Made by a program: the position numbers and the translations under genes
Notes under the pieces: model-generated
Seen by the model: the letters and a program-made list of their open reading frames with translations, nothing else
Told to the model about the DNA's origin: nothing
The model's database searches: none
Shown: piece after piece, positions 11,206 through 22,949 of the stretch
Layout of the letters: every line of letters begins with the position of its first letter
Position numbering within the stretch: the stretch's first letter is position 1
Assembly (NCBI RefSeq): GCF_006345805.1
Contig: NC_043006.1
Span: forward strand, 91,016,001-91,080,000
Reading direction: 5' to 3'
From: Octopus sinensis
Lineage: Eukaryota
DNA: 64,000 nucleotides

Positions 11206-12604
11206 CATCATCATCGTTCAACGTCCGTTCTCCATGCTAGCATGGGTTGGACGGTTCGACTGGGATCTGGGAAGCCAGAAGGCTGCACCAGGCTCCAGTT
11301 TGATCTGGCAGTGTTTCTACAGCTGGATGCCCTTCCTAATGCCAACCACTCCATGAGTGTAGTGGGTGCTTTTTACATGCCACCGGCACAGGTGCCAAAC
11401 GAGGCTGGCAACAGCCACGATCAGATTGGTGCTTTTGTACGTGCCACCGACACGGAAGCCAATCAAGGCGGTGCTGGCATTGGCCACGTTTGGATGGTGC
11501 TTTTTACGTGCCACTGGCACAGGGATCACAACTACAATTTCCATTGATTTTGATGATGGTGTACTTGACTCAATAGGTCTCCTCAAGCACAGGGTCGAAA
11601 CGGTGTTTCTTTACTTACCACCTGCACAGGAGTTAGTCCAGCGGCACTGAAAACTGCCGGGTGCCAGTCATAGGATTGGTTCAATTTCGATTCCGATTTC
11701 ACTTGCCCCAACAGGTCTTCTCAAGCAGAGTTTAGTGTCCAATGAAAGGAGGTCAGCATGGGTGCCAGTCGTCGGATGAGGTTCGATTTCGAATTCAATT
11801 TCAACTTCACTTGCCTCAACAGGTCTTCGCGTGTCCAAGGAAGGAAAGGCATGCATAAGTGGGCTGGCTACATCTCTGGCAAGGGACACGGGATGGGCTC
11901 ACTTGTCCTGCCGGGTCTTCTCATGCACAGTATATTTCCAAAGGTCTCGGTCACTAGTCATTGCCTCGGTGAGGCCTAAAGTTCGAAGGTCGTGCTTCAC
12001 CACCTCGTCCCAGGTTTTCCTGAGTCTACCTCTTCCACAGGTTGCCCCAACCACTAGGGTGTGGTACTTTTTCATACAGCTATCCTCATCCATTCTTGCC
12101 ACATGACCATACCAGTGCAATCGTCTCTCTTGCACACCACACCTGATGCTTCTTAGATCCAATTTTTCTCTCAAGATACTTACACTCTGTCGAGTATGTA
12201 CACTGACATTACACATCCATCGGAGCATACTGGCTTCATTTCTCTTGAGCTTACGCATGTCCTCAGCAGTCACGGCCTATGTTTCACTGCCTGTAGCATG
12301 GCTGTTTGTACACATGCATCATACAGTCTGCCTTTTACTCTGAGCAAGAGGCCTTTTGTCACCAGCAGAGGTAAGAGCTCCCTGAACTTTGCCTAGGCTA
12401 TTCTTACTCTAGCAGTTACACTTTCAGCACACCCACCCCTGCTACTGACTTGGTCACCTAGGTAATGGAAGCTATCAACTACTTCTAGTTTTTTTCCCCT
12501 GGAAAGTGACGGAAGTTGTTTTCTGCAGATTTTCAGTGTTTATTGCTCCTGAGCATCTGCCACATACAAAAACAATCTTCCCAGTTAGCCTTCCTTTGAC
12601 TTTG
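11206..12604 (-). mobile_element. 5'-truncated RTE LINE (from end of PHD finger to tail)
   Basis: ORF 11899-12273 MRKLKRNEASMLRWMCNVSVHTRQ...KTRQDK. Homology to the long copy ends at ccttcctttgac near 12600. Flanked by tgtatatatatata. Confidence 0.92.
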
Positions 12605-12682
12605 TGTATATATATATAGCGTCCAATAATACTATACTTGTTCCACATCCTCGCATTGTTGCGTTTTCATGTTTGGATTAAC

Positions 12683-12685
12683 TAT

Positions 12686-12740
<55 letters not shown>

Positions 12741-12792
12741 ATATATACATATATATACCCATGCTAGCATGGAAGGCAGGCATTAAACGATG

Positions 12793-12838
<46 letters not shown>

Positions 12839-12870
12839 CACACACATATATGCATATATATACACACACA
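12683..12870. repeat. (TA)n array interrupted by a 37-bp RTE tail at 12758-12794
   Basis: cccatgctagcatggaaggcaggcattaaacgatgat embedded between TA runs. Confidence 0.9.
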
Positions 12871-13453
12871 TGTATGTGTGCATGCACATGCACACATCAA
12901 TCCATCTATCCATCCATGCATGATTATAATGACATGTCATGTATAATTCTTAACCAGATCTCAGTATCTGTCTTCTGCTTTGCAAGAATATATTTTTACC
13001 ATGGAGATGATATCTGACGAAGAAGACTCAGAAGTTATTTCTTATTAGATTTGCAATTCACAAAGTAATTCACCAATTAGGGTTCCTTTAAAAACAATTA
13101 CGATTAAATACTTGCTTGAATGGAGAAAATGTTTATTTTTCTTTATTTAAATCATAACGTTGCTCTGTTTGTATGTGGAAAAATTTTTCTTGTGGGGAGA
13201 TTTAGTTTCTGAAGTTCTTTCAGTAATTACATCTAAAATAGACTGGCTTATTTTATTTTTGAAAGCATAAAATACATCGCAACACATTATGCAATACGTC
13301 AGATAATGACTGCCTCATTGTAAAATTGTCATAGAAACTAACTTGTATTACTGTATTTATTGTTATAAAAACAAAAACAAAATAGATCACTTTTGCAACT
13401 ATTGACAACAATTTGCAAAAGGTCACGACTTAACTTTTAAAATGTAAGCACAC

Positions 13454-13470
13454 ATACACACACACACACA

Positions 13471-13508
<38 letters not shown>
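13454..13508. repeat. (CA)n(CT)n microsatellite
   Basis: Directly visible. Confidence 0.95.
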
Positions 13509-13512
<4 letters not shown>

Positions 13513-14373
13513 AGCAATTGAACTTATCAAAACTCCTCCATGAACTTTTGTGTCTGTGTGTGTCTATATATATTGTGGTGGCACCAAATCTCTGCATATC
13601 ATGAAAAGTAACTGAACGTGTTGCTATCAGGAAGTGCGTGTGGTGGTCAAACACTTCCTCATAATAGTCTCATCCAATCCAAATTTGAATGGAAATTAAG
13701 CATCATAATGATTCCTAATTTCGAGCCTGGTGATTGAAGATGAAGCTGTTGTTGTTGTTGTTGTGAATTATGCATTCATTCATGTTATTGTGCTGTTTTG
13801 AATTTTGTGGAAGTTAACAATTGAATATTTCTAACAGGCAGTCGTCCCAGCAACTCCTTTTTGTTGACATAAAGGTGAAGAATTATTGTTATGTATACAG
13901 GAGTCATGTGTTACAAAAAAAAATGTCATAGTCTGGAAGTTAATATCTGCAGGAATAAATGAGTATATATACCTATACATACCTGTGTATTCAAGCGTCA
14001 AATAATGGCAACAGTTTATGTCGTTCTACCCCAAAAGCCTGAGGTCTTATCTCATTGTTTTTTGCAGATTTTTTCAGCTTGGCCTGCTTGTTCCCTGTTA
14101 GTTTTCACAGCAGGTATCATGACTATAAACTAATTGAGTTAACAGCTTAGACCTCATTGCTCTTAGAATGTCCCTTGGCTTTTCCCATTTTTTTTTTCTA
14201 TAAATTTGAATGTTCTTTGTGTTAGTTGTTGTATGGGTCATCTTTCTAGGTTTTACCTCTCCTGTTTATATTTTTTAAAATTTCACCTGAAGACAGTGGA
14301 TTTCTGCTATGATGTAATCTATGAATGTATCAGTAAAAAGTATAAATTTTGTTTTCTTTTGTTTCTTTTGCAG

Positions 14374-14679
14374 ATTCCGAACTGGTCCAGGAGTGATTCC
14401 AAGTAAAGTCCCAAAAAGTACTGAAAATGTGATACTTGTCTTAAATGGACGTGAACCCTCCAAAATAGATTTTGCCAAGTTATGGCTTGATTTCCTTCCA
14501 ACGTTAACAAATTTAAAAAATGTGGCTGTGATTTTATTGGGCAATGAACAATGTAATAATGAATGGATTAAATCTTACATGCAGCTCCGTGGTGGACCTG
14601 TTAAGTTTGTCTTCTTGGTCTATGACAGTCCAGATATTGATGATCAAAATTTCTATCAGTGGCCTTTAGGAGTTGCAAC
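14374..14679 (+). CDS. RXYLT1: Internal exon of ribitol-5-phosphate xylosyltransferase 1 (TMEM5)
   Basis: Pyrimidine-rich acceptor ttcttttgcag|A and donor AC|gtaagt; 306 nt, phase 2 to 2. Encodes FRTGPGVIP...VILVLNGREPSKIDFAKLWL...VAVILLGNEQCNNEWI...GGPVKFVFLVYDSP...FYQWPLGVAT, colinear with the human segment as recalled (FITGPAVIP...LILNGRE...LLGNEHCDNEWI...YDSPW...FQWPLGVAT). Confidence 0.93.
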
Positions 14680-15639
14680 GTAAGTACATGTGAATCTATG
14701 CTATTTTATCATAACACTTGTATTTGTTTTTAAAGGTTACCTCTGCACAACATTAAAAATTAATATTATGTATATATTGAAAATAATCATTGTGAATGTA
14801 TAATAAAAAAAAACAACAACCTGCTTTGTTCTGGTTAAAAAATATAAAACTATTGTGTATTCTGTTCTCAGCATATTATTCTACTTACTATCTCTGTACT
14901 GTTTTCCTCAGTCCAGTGAGCCTAAACTTGTTCTACTATTAAACACATGACTGTACTTCCTACAGTTTAGTTAAGTGTGAAACATGTTAGTGCAAAAAAC
15001 CTCTACATAGTCAGCTGACCTGCTTAACCTTGTAACAAGAAAATTATCAATATTCAGAAAAGAAGTTATTAGGCTTTTCCAGCTTATTTAAATGTGCAAA
15101 ATTTTTTTACACGCACACACACACAAAGACATGAACTCAAATACCACACACATCCATACACAACTACATGCACACACACACATGAACAAAGGCTGATGTA
15201 ATGAAACAGTCTTTCTCAACCAATGTGATTTGGAGTTTGGTTTTTTTGTGCAACACCTTTGACAAGTATTTTCTATTATAGCACTGAACCAAAGCCTTGT
15301 GAGTAGATTCGGAAGATTGAAACTGGAAAAAGTCCAGTGTGTGCGCACGTGTGCGTGTTTTGGTTTCTTTATCGTGATATCACACAGTATTTTTTGATAA
15401 ATACCACCATCACACAAACATTGCTATTCATTCAATCTTCTGCAAAAACATGTCTGGCTATTGAGTTGTTCATGTTTGAAGGTTTGGCATCAATATTGCC
15501 TTGAGACTTGAAGCTGGTGACATGAAGGGTGCCTGGCTGTAGAAAATCTGATTCATGGGAGTAGACATTAAGGTGATGGTGTTTTATATAAGCAATATAC
15601 ATATTTGATCTTTTGTGATTTCATTTTCTGTATAATGAA

Positions 15640-15785
15640 GTTCAGTTCATAACCACATGATTTCTGGTTCAATCCCTTTCCAAAGCACCTACTCTAGTGT
15701 CTTTATACTATAATCTCTGATTGACAAATGCTTTTTTGAGAGAATTTTGGTTCAAAGAATTTATACAGTAGCCCATCATGCATAT
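15640..15785 (+). mobile_element. Degenerate tRNA-derived SINE (third family; related copies on minus near 56770-56930, 57790-57900, 59585-59700, 60230-60345, and on plus near 62650-62830)
   Basis: Recurring aaccacatg...ggttcaatccc head and tttggtagatggaaact segment. Confidence 0.55.
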
Positions 15786-15835
15786 AAATGTTATAAATGT
15801 GTTTGTGTGTGTGTGTAATATACATATGTAAATAA

Positions 15836-16036
15836 GGTGGCATGGTGACAGAATCATAACTCTGCCAAGCAGCATTTTGACCATCTTTATATTCTGAGTT
15901 CAGATTCCACCAAGGTTGACTTTACCCTTCATTCACTTGAGGTCAATAAAATTGGTACCAGTTGAACAGTGGGGTTGATGTAATCAACTTATCCCCATCC
16001 TTGATATTGCTGGCATTGTGCTAAAATTTGAAACCA
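15836..16036 (+). mobile_element. tRNA-derived SINE, probably octopus OK type
   Basis: ggtggc..ggtgacagaatc head, ctgagttcagattccaccaaggttgactttacccttcatt, ggtaccagttgaacagtggggttgatgtaatc. Many similar copies in the window. Family name from memory. Confidence 0.7.
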
Positions 16037-16065
16037 ATATACATACATATGCACACATATGTATC

Positions 16066-16232
16066 ATCATTATCATCATCATCTCTTAGCATCCTTTTTG
16101 CTATGTTGGCATGGGTTGGACAAGTCAATAAGAACCGAGATACCAGAGAACTGTGCCAAGCTCCCGCATCTGCTTTGGCATCGTTTCTACAGTGGATGTA
16201 CTTCCTCATGCTAATCACTTTACAGAGTGTAC
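16066..16232 (-). mobile_element. Degenerate RTE tail
   Basis: (CAT)n followed by gctatgttggcatgggttggacaag...ttacagagtgtact. Confidence 0.7.
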
Positions 16233-16833
16233 TGCAGACATTCTTCAGCTATATATATATGTCTATATGCATGTTTGTCATCACTTTGATAGTGGTAACA
16301 TTTGTTTATTTTCCACAGCAGGCTCTTCAGCATTTGTAGACCAGTGGCATAGTTCTCTGGTTTAACAGCTCTATGTCAGCATGGAAGATAGACGTTAAAT
16401 GATGATGGTGATGTATAAATATGAATATTTAAAACATATATTGGTCAGGAATGTCATTACAGTTCAAGTCTTCTTTCTTTCTCTTTTAATCACTCCCTAG
16501 ACACAAAGTGTGCTGGGTGCATATTATGGCAGTGGCAGGCTTAAAAGGTTTTCTGAAAACCAAAGATAATGAAGGTGGTAGCTTCACAGTATCTTTATAT
16601 CCCAAGAACTCCTGTAAAACCCTTCATTTGCCAATAGATCTAAAACATTATGCTTAATGAATACATCCAATGGCACTTGCTTATTCTGTTACCTTCAGTG
16701 TGGTATATAGCTAATCACTGTACTGTTTAGAAGTGAATATTTTATTTTAAAGGTCACAGTTTAAAATGTGAAATTCATGTTACTGACATACACTAGTTAT
16801 AAAGTCTTTAGTATATACCCTTATAATAAATGT

Positions 16834-17212
16834 TGGCCCAGTGGTTAGGGCAGCGAACTCGTGGTCATAAGATCACGGTTTCGATTCCCAGACTGGGTGT
16901 TGTGAGTGTTTATTGAGCGAAAACACCTAAAGCTCCACAAGGCTCCGGCAGGGGATGGTGGTGATCCCTGCTGTACTCTTTCACCACAGCTTTCTCTCAC
17001 TCTTACTTCCTGTTTCTGTTGTACCTGTATTTCAAAGGGCCGGCCTTGTCACTCTCTGTGTCACGCTGAATATCCCCGAGAACTACGTTAAGGGTACACG
17101 TGTCTGTGGAGTGCTCAGCCACTTACACGTTAATTTCACGAGCAGGCTGTTCCGTTGATCGGATTAACCGGAACCCTCGTCGTCGTAACCAACGGAGTGC
17201 TTCCATCCATCC
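16834..17212 (+). mobile_element. tRNA-derived SINE (octopus OR-like) with 11-bp TSD
   Basis: A-box-like tggcccagtggttagg and B-box-like ggtttcgattccc. TSD ataataaatgt at 16823-16833 and 17213-17223; (CCAT)n tail. Confidence 0.88.
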
Positions 17213-18141
17213 ATAATAAATGTATGGATGTACAAAAGTGATATGTTACAAAGCAACACATTAAACTGTAAGTCATATAAATTTCCTGTGATGTTATGTT
17301 GGATTCTCAAAAATATAAATAATTATGTTTGTATTCAAGGGGTCACATTTTATAAAGGATAAAGAATATTACTGCTTTTAGCTGCAAGAAATAGGGTTCC
17401 ATTATATTGAAGATCAGATTGTCCTTAAATGAATACATTAGTAAACCTATTTTATGAAACCCCCAGATTTTCCGCCATAAAAACTCATTCCTCCTTCTAA
17501 AATATAGAAGTGAGATGAGCGAGTGGATCTGGCATTTGACTACTTGCTCATATAGAATCAGTTCAAATATGATGCTCATTTTATTTTGCAGTGTTTCAAG
17601 GCAAACTTCTTGCCTTACATTGCCAAGCCATCTGCAGATATTCCCTGTGATAGATTAAGGTCCTACTTTGTGGAAGATGTATCAGTAATCTGCTTTATCA
17701 TTCTTGAAATATTGGGACCATTCAGTCATTCGTATATGCTCTTTGATGCTATAAAGCATTTGCATTTTTTAATAATTGATAATGGGAGCAAGCATTGAAC
17801 TTGTAAAATTTATGCAATTTCTGCCCTTCTTTGAAATTGATACTAATCCACTAATCAGAGATTGTAAAAAATATATATTTTAAAACTTTTCAAAATTGTA
17901 TGAGAATAATTTGGATTATCTAAAGAGGTTTGATTGTTGTTTAAGCTTGGGTCAGCTTTGATCAAATAAGTTTTTTGATGAAAAACTACCCCTTTCTTTT
18001 CATAGGCATAACGCTTCTAGTGTATTTTCAAAAATAATAAAATACGATGTGAAAGAAATTTGGTTTCAGCAAAATAGAAGAGTTTTATCATTGGTCAGGC
18101 ATAATTTTAATTAAATGTTTGTGTTAAATTGAGACAGGTTC

Positions 18142-18175
<34 letters not shown>

Positions 18176-19329
18176 GTCTCACAAATTTTTGAATTAACTC
18201 TGTATTGTTTGTAGTCAAAGGAAAGAACACCATGTAATGATTTGCTAAACAGAATGTAAGGATTTTCTTCTCTGGGATTCTCTTCTGTTCTTCATGCTCA
18301 GATACACACTTAAAGGGAAGCTGTGATATATATTCTAATCTCTTCTTGTTGACATCAAGCAATTTGGTATTTAGCATTGAAATTAAATCAACCTGCCAGT
18401 CTTTTACATTTTCCTTTAATCTCTTTAGTTTTCAAAGAAACTGTTGCACATTCAACCATTATTACATACAACAACATTTTTATGAAATTATATATCTCTA
18501 TGTATCTGTGTGTGTGTGTGTGTAGATGTATATTGATAAATAGGGATGTATGCATACAGACAGCCGCATAACTTGCACAGTATTGTTCAATCAACTGTGG
18601 TCCTGTGAACAATTTGCTTAAAGAGAATTTTTCTTTTAATTTTTACTTTGTCAGTTGATTTCTGTCAGCACTTTTGTTTTCTTGTGAATTATTAATTCAA
18701 TATGAGATTCTGCATGTTCCTTGCCGCCTGTTGTTTTCTGGTGAAACATTTTAAGATGAGTTCATCAGTGCAATTATATTGATTATAGTCATTAGTGTAT
18801 TGTGTGACACAGTGACTGAGTGAAATAAACTACTTACAACATTGGATGTCATATAAGTCTCACAGGCATGGAAGACCTCCTCCTCCTCCTGTGTTTCCAG
18901 CAGAGAATGATATTAAAAAGAATTTTTAGTGTATTTAAGTATTTAATGTTTATTGAAATGATTTAGTTTGGCAGAAAAAAGAAATAAGATATGGACTAAA
19001 ACATGCAACTAGAGCAGCAAGAAAAAAATCTTTCTAATAAGAACACTGATATAACCTTATATGAAAAACATCATAAACAGAAGCAGCTTAGTTATAACAG
19101 AAAACATTTTATAGCAACACATTAACCAAACAGAGAATCAGGCAATGAGACAAGAACGATTATCTGCAGTGGAAATAAAATCCAGTACATGAATAGTGTA
19201 GGGAAACGTCATAAAAGTCTTAATTTCAAACACATTCTATTTCATTTATTTCACCCAGTTCAAACCAAGTTTCTTTTCAGGCATTTACCATACATTTTAT
19301 AAATTCTAATATTTTACTTTCTTAAAATT

Positions 19330-19790
19330 GTTGGTATTTTCTAAGCAATGAATGTTTTTGTATGTATTGATAAACCCTTCTTTTTCACGAATCTCCCAAC
19401 ATCGACCTTCTTTTCTTGCAAATTAAATTGTACTTCTCGTAATGTCTTGGAGTCGTTAATTATCAATTTTGTAGAAATGCATTTTCCAACATTCTTCATG
19501 TTTATGATGTAGTTTTTATAACTCATCCTAAAATTCTGGCAAATGTGAGGCTAGAGAGCAAAGATTACATTCACCCATCTCCATCTGTAACTGTTATCCT
19601 TGCTTTCTCCAGTCTCTTATCATATTTGCTGCAGCTGGGGCCCCTAAAATCTCCTGCTGCTGTTCTATTGCCATGCTTCTTAATATGTAATTCAAATGCT
19701 TTCCTCTGGTCAGTCAGTAAAATGATCCACCTCCATCGGCATGAGTTAGTGATTCTGTTGTTGATAAACACCAAACACATATGTTATGTT
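19330..19790 (-). mobile_element. Heavily decayed CR1/L2-like LINE 3' fragment
   Basis: Translations such as NRTAAGDFRGPSCSKYDKRLEKARIT and SKTLREVQFNLQEKK loosely resemble the CR1/L2 C-terminal pattern. Confidence 0.3.
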
Positions 19791-19911
19791 CAGTGAGCAA
19801 TGAAGAATAATGATGATGATGATGATGATGATGCTTACTGAACCTTACAACAATACTGATGAACCATTTTATCACTTTAATTTCAGGTTTCTTTCAAAGC
19901 ATGACATCTCC

Positions 19912-20035
19912 ATCATCATCATCATCGTTTAAGGTCCGCTTTCCATACTGGCATGGGCTGGACGGTTTGACTGAGGACTGGCAAGTCAGTGGGCTGCACC
20001 CGGCTCCAATCTGATCTGACAAGGTGTCTCCATGT
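19912..20035 (-). mobile_element. RTE tail fragment
   Basis: catcatcatcgtttaaggtccgctttccatactggcatgggctggacgg. Confidence 0.8.
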
Positions 20036-20187
20036 AAACTTATAAAATATGCAGCAGGTTCCACAGAAATGGGTAGCATTACAGATACAAGCTTTTGAGG
20101 AGTTGATTGCTGGGTGGAGATGTTTGACATGGAGCTTTAGTTTTCATTATAATTCCATTTTTTTTAATTCATGCAATCCTAATAATA

Positions 20188-20211
20188 ATGGTGGTGGTGG
20201 TGGTGGGGATG

Positions 20212-20263
<52 letters not shown>

Positions 20264-20272
20264 TATTATTAT
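20188..20272. repeat. (GGT)n(TAT)n microsatellite
   Basis: Directly visible. Confidence 0.95.
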
Positions 20273-20740
20273 TAAAAAATTACAGTATTATGATAGGCAA
20301 CTGGTCAGATTAGAAGTAGTGGTAGTTTATGGCATTAAGGGGAAACATTAGTTGACTGGCTGAGTTCATCTATGCAAACAAGACTGGGGCTTGAGATTTG
20401 GCTTTTTCTCTTTTTGGTATGATGTGTCTTATATACCACCAAATATGGTGACTTGTGGTTGGCCCATGTAACTTGCACTTGTATCCTCCCATAAGCTTAA
20501 CACTGTCTCTGAAATGGTAACAACAGCAACACTAGTAGTAGTAGTAGTAGCAATAGCAGTAGCAGCAGCAGTTTGTCATCACATGGATAACAGTCATAAA
20601 AATTGCAATTACAGAGTTTTTACAATGCAATATTGCATCATAAAATAGACATTTACAGCAAGTAGTTGTAATACAATACATACAAACACACATACACACA
20701 CACACATCCTTTCTTTTGTTGATGTAGGAAGAAGGCGGAC

Positions 20741-21556
20741 ATGATGTATCATTGTGATACAGACTTTTTGTATTTTTTCCCACCAAAACTAATGCCACGT
20801 GGTCAAAATCCTTTAGATGAGAGGTGACGCTATCCTTCAAGCACATGTATGAAAATTTTCATGCCAGTAGGCCCACTTGTTATCCCTAGAATACAAACGT
20901 GTAGTGCAATGCTCTGAGAATTCTGGGTTGTGGTTTGCACAGTCCAGCATGTCCTGAATGATTTCCATGTGGAGTTGCTTCTGTTGCTCTGCCAGTATCT
21001 TGGGGGCAAATTTTGCTGACACACTCTGCAAGCACAAATCCTCCATTAAATTGGAATTTACTTATCCTGTTCTTATTTCCACTTTGTGATCAATTTCTGG
21101 GATTGTTACACAACAGTCTTCCATGATTATTTGCCGAACCTTCTTAATCAGCTCCTTGTTTCGGTTTGTTGATGGCCTGCCTCATTCTCCACTGAGATGC
21201 AGCTATGTTTGAAGCAATTGTACCAATCCTTGATTTGAGTTTTGCCCATGGCATCATTGTCCAAAGCCTGCTGAATTTTCTGGATGGTTTGAGCTTGAGT
21301 ATATCAAACTTTTGGCAAAACTTGACGCAGTACCTTTGCATGAAGTGTTTGGTAGAAACGAAAATCTGACAAGTGTGCACAGCATGTCTGTATTCTAGGT
21401 ACAACAGCCAGGAACTGATGTGTCCTACTGGTACAAAAATTTTCACATGTGTGCAGGAAGGATGGTGTCACTTCCCACCCAAAGGATTTTACCCATGCGG
21501 TATTAGTTTAGGCAAGAACAAAAATAAAGTCAGATACTTTTTGAACTCATATCGTA
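20741..21556 (-). mobile_element. Internally deleted mariner with long imperfect inverted repeats
   Basis: MQRYCVKFCQKF and VSAKFAPKILAEQQKQLHMEIIQDMLDCANHNPEF match a mariner N-terminal region. Right end reads TA-cgatatgagttcaaaaagtatc inward. Left (about 20741-20910) and right (about 21374-21554) arms are reverse-complementary. Confidence 0.8.
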
Positions 21557-21787
21557 TTCTTGGTAGAGTGGAGAGATATAATCGGTTGATGCAAGACTAG
21601 TGCTTCAGTGGAAATTACTTTATTGGATTCGTTGAGAGGAAATGCAAAGTCAACTTTGGTTGCACAGAAACAGAGAATGGAAAGAGAGAAGAGACACTAA
21701 ATGCTGTATGGTGTCATTTGATTCATCATTCTACTCTTTCTGATATATCACCATTCTTTATCAGCAATAATTCTACTGCTAAACATG

Positions 21788-22106
21788 CATGGGATTTTCC
21801 TCTTTCGATGGATAAGAATATAGAACACAACAAGCAAGGTTTTACAGTAACAGACAGGGAAAATTGAATTTGCATATTGATCCATCATGTCCATTTGATA
21901 TTAGGATTGTCAAGAAAGCAGGTGTAAAGTTGAAAAAATGACATTCCCTTAAAATTTGAGATTGGAGTATTTGGAATATGAAATCTGTAAAGATTTTTAC
22001 CTGTAATAATTGGTCCATTCGGGGCTATGAGTAATGAAGTAGATAAATGGATAAAAAAGATTGAAATGGAATGTCCTGTAGAGCTTCTAAAGAAAGTTTG
22101 TGGCAC
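21788..22106 (+). mobile_element. Decayed R4/Dong-like endonuclease fragment
   Basis: WDFPLSMDKNIEHNK...IDPSCPFDIRI...IIGPFGAMSNEVDKWIKKIEMECPVELLKKVC with stops and frameshifts. Confidence 0.7.
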
Positions 22107-22134
22107 AAGACCAACAGTTTTGAGGTGTATAGAG

Positions 22135-22305
22135 CAGGCTGATTACAGCAACCCCAGTACTTGACTGGTACTTTATTTCATTGACCCTGAAAGGACAAAA
22201 AGCAAAGTTGACCTTGACAGTATTAAAACTGAGTAAGTGAAGAGCCTGGAAAACTGCTGTTAAACATTTTGATGAGTGTGTTAACAGTTCTGCCAGCTGG
22301 CAACA
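22135..22305 (-). mobile_element. OK-type SINE
   Basis: ccccagtacttgactggtactttatttcattgaccctgaaaggacaaaaagcaaagttgacc. Confidence 0.7.
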
Positions 22306-22949
22306 TTAATAATAATGATGATGATGATTTAGGCACAGTGCTGACCATTTTTAAAAGAAGAATTGTCTAGTTCATTCCATTGACCACAGAACTTCATTTT
22401 ATCAACTCCAAAAGAATGAAAGCAATGTTGAACTTCTTAGGATTTGATCTTAGAATGTAATGAGCTGGAAAAATCACCTTTAGTGTCATTTGTTCTGGAA
22501 CTCTAATGACTACCAATCCACTCCCTGCAATAACAACACCAACAGCAATAATAAGAGAGTCGTTATTAAAATAGAGTCATCTCGTTTTCTGCTAGACGTC
22601 TCCTATAGAAATTATTTTGACTATTGCATGTATTTATGACTTTCTCAATTGCTACCAGTATTCAAATCTATTTCTTCATTACACATTAATGGTTTCTAGG
22701 CCTATGAAAGTGTAAGCCTTTTTAAATAGTGTTGTATGAAAATCTCCTGGTTTAATTATGCTGCTTATTGGTTATTTCTAAACTAGTCTTTTTGTTACAA
22801 TGCATCTCCATCGACTGAAGTGTCTCCTAGAAACTGCTAATCTCTTCAACTTTATTTCTTCTCTTTCTTAATAATTTCCATTTTTTTATTTCACAATATA
22901 ACTGTTCTGATAACCCAACCTTCACCTCTCTGTTAATCCCTTATTTTAT

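Noticed and set aside
13629-13659. 8-bp stem aggaagtg / cacttcct
   Set aside because: Too short to exceed chance; no supporting context.
14068-14113. Possible small exon upstream of the RXYLT1 exon (tttgcag|...cag|gtatca)
   Set aside because: The translation does not resemble the expected upstream RXYLT1 exon; splice-like motifs are common in this DNA.
14321-14373. N-terminal part of the 120-aa ORF (MNVSVKSINFVFFCFFC)
   Set aside because: It is the intronic polypyrimidine tract; homology starts at the acceptor.
16501-16660. Acceptor followed by HKVCWVH, similar to RXYLT1 KLCWVS
   Set aside because: Match limited to a few residues, no YRNFP or CNFLGT motif, and the frame ends in a stop.
16834-16905. 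tRNA-like sequences here and at 33834-33905 as tRNA genes
   Set aside because: They are SINE heads with bodies, tails and TSDs, and no complete cloverleaf is evident.
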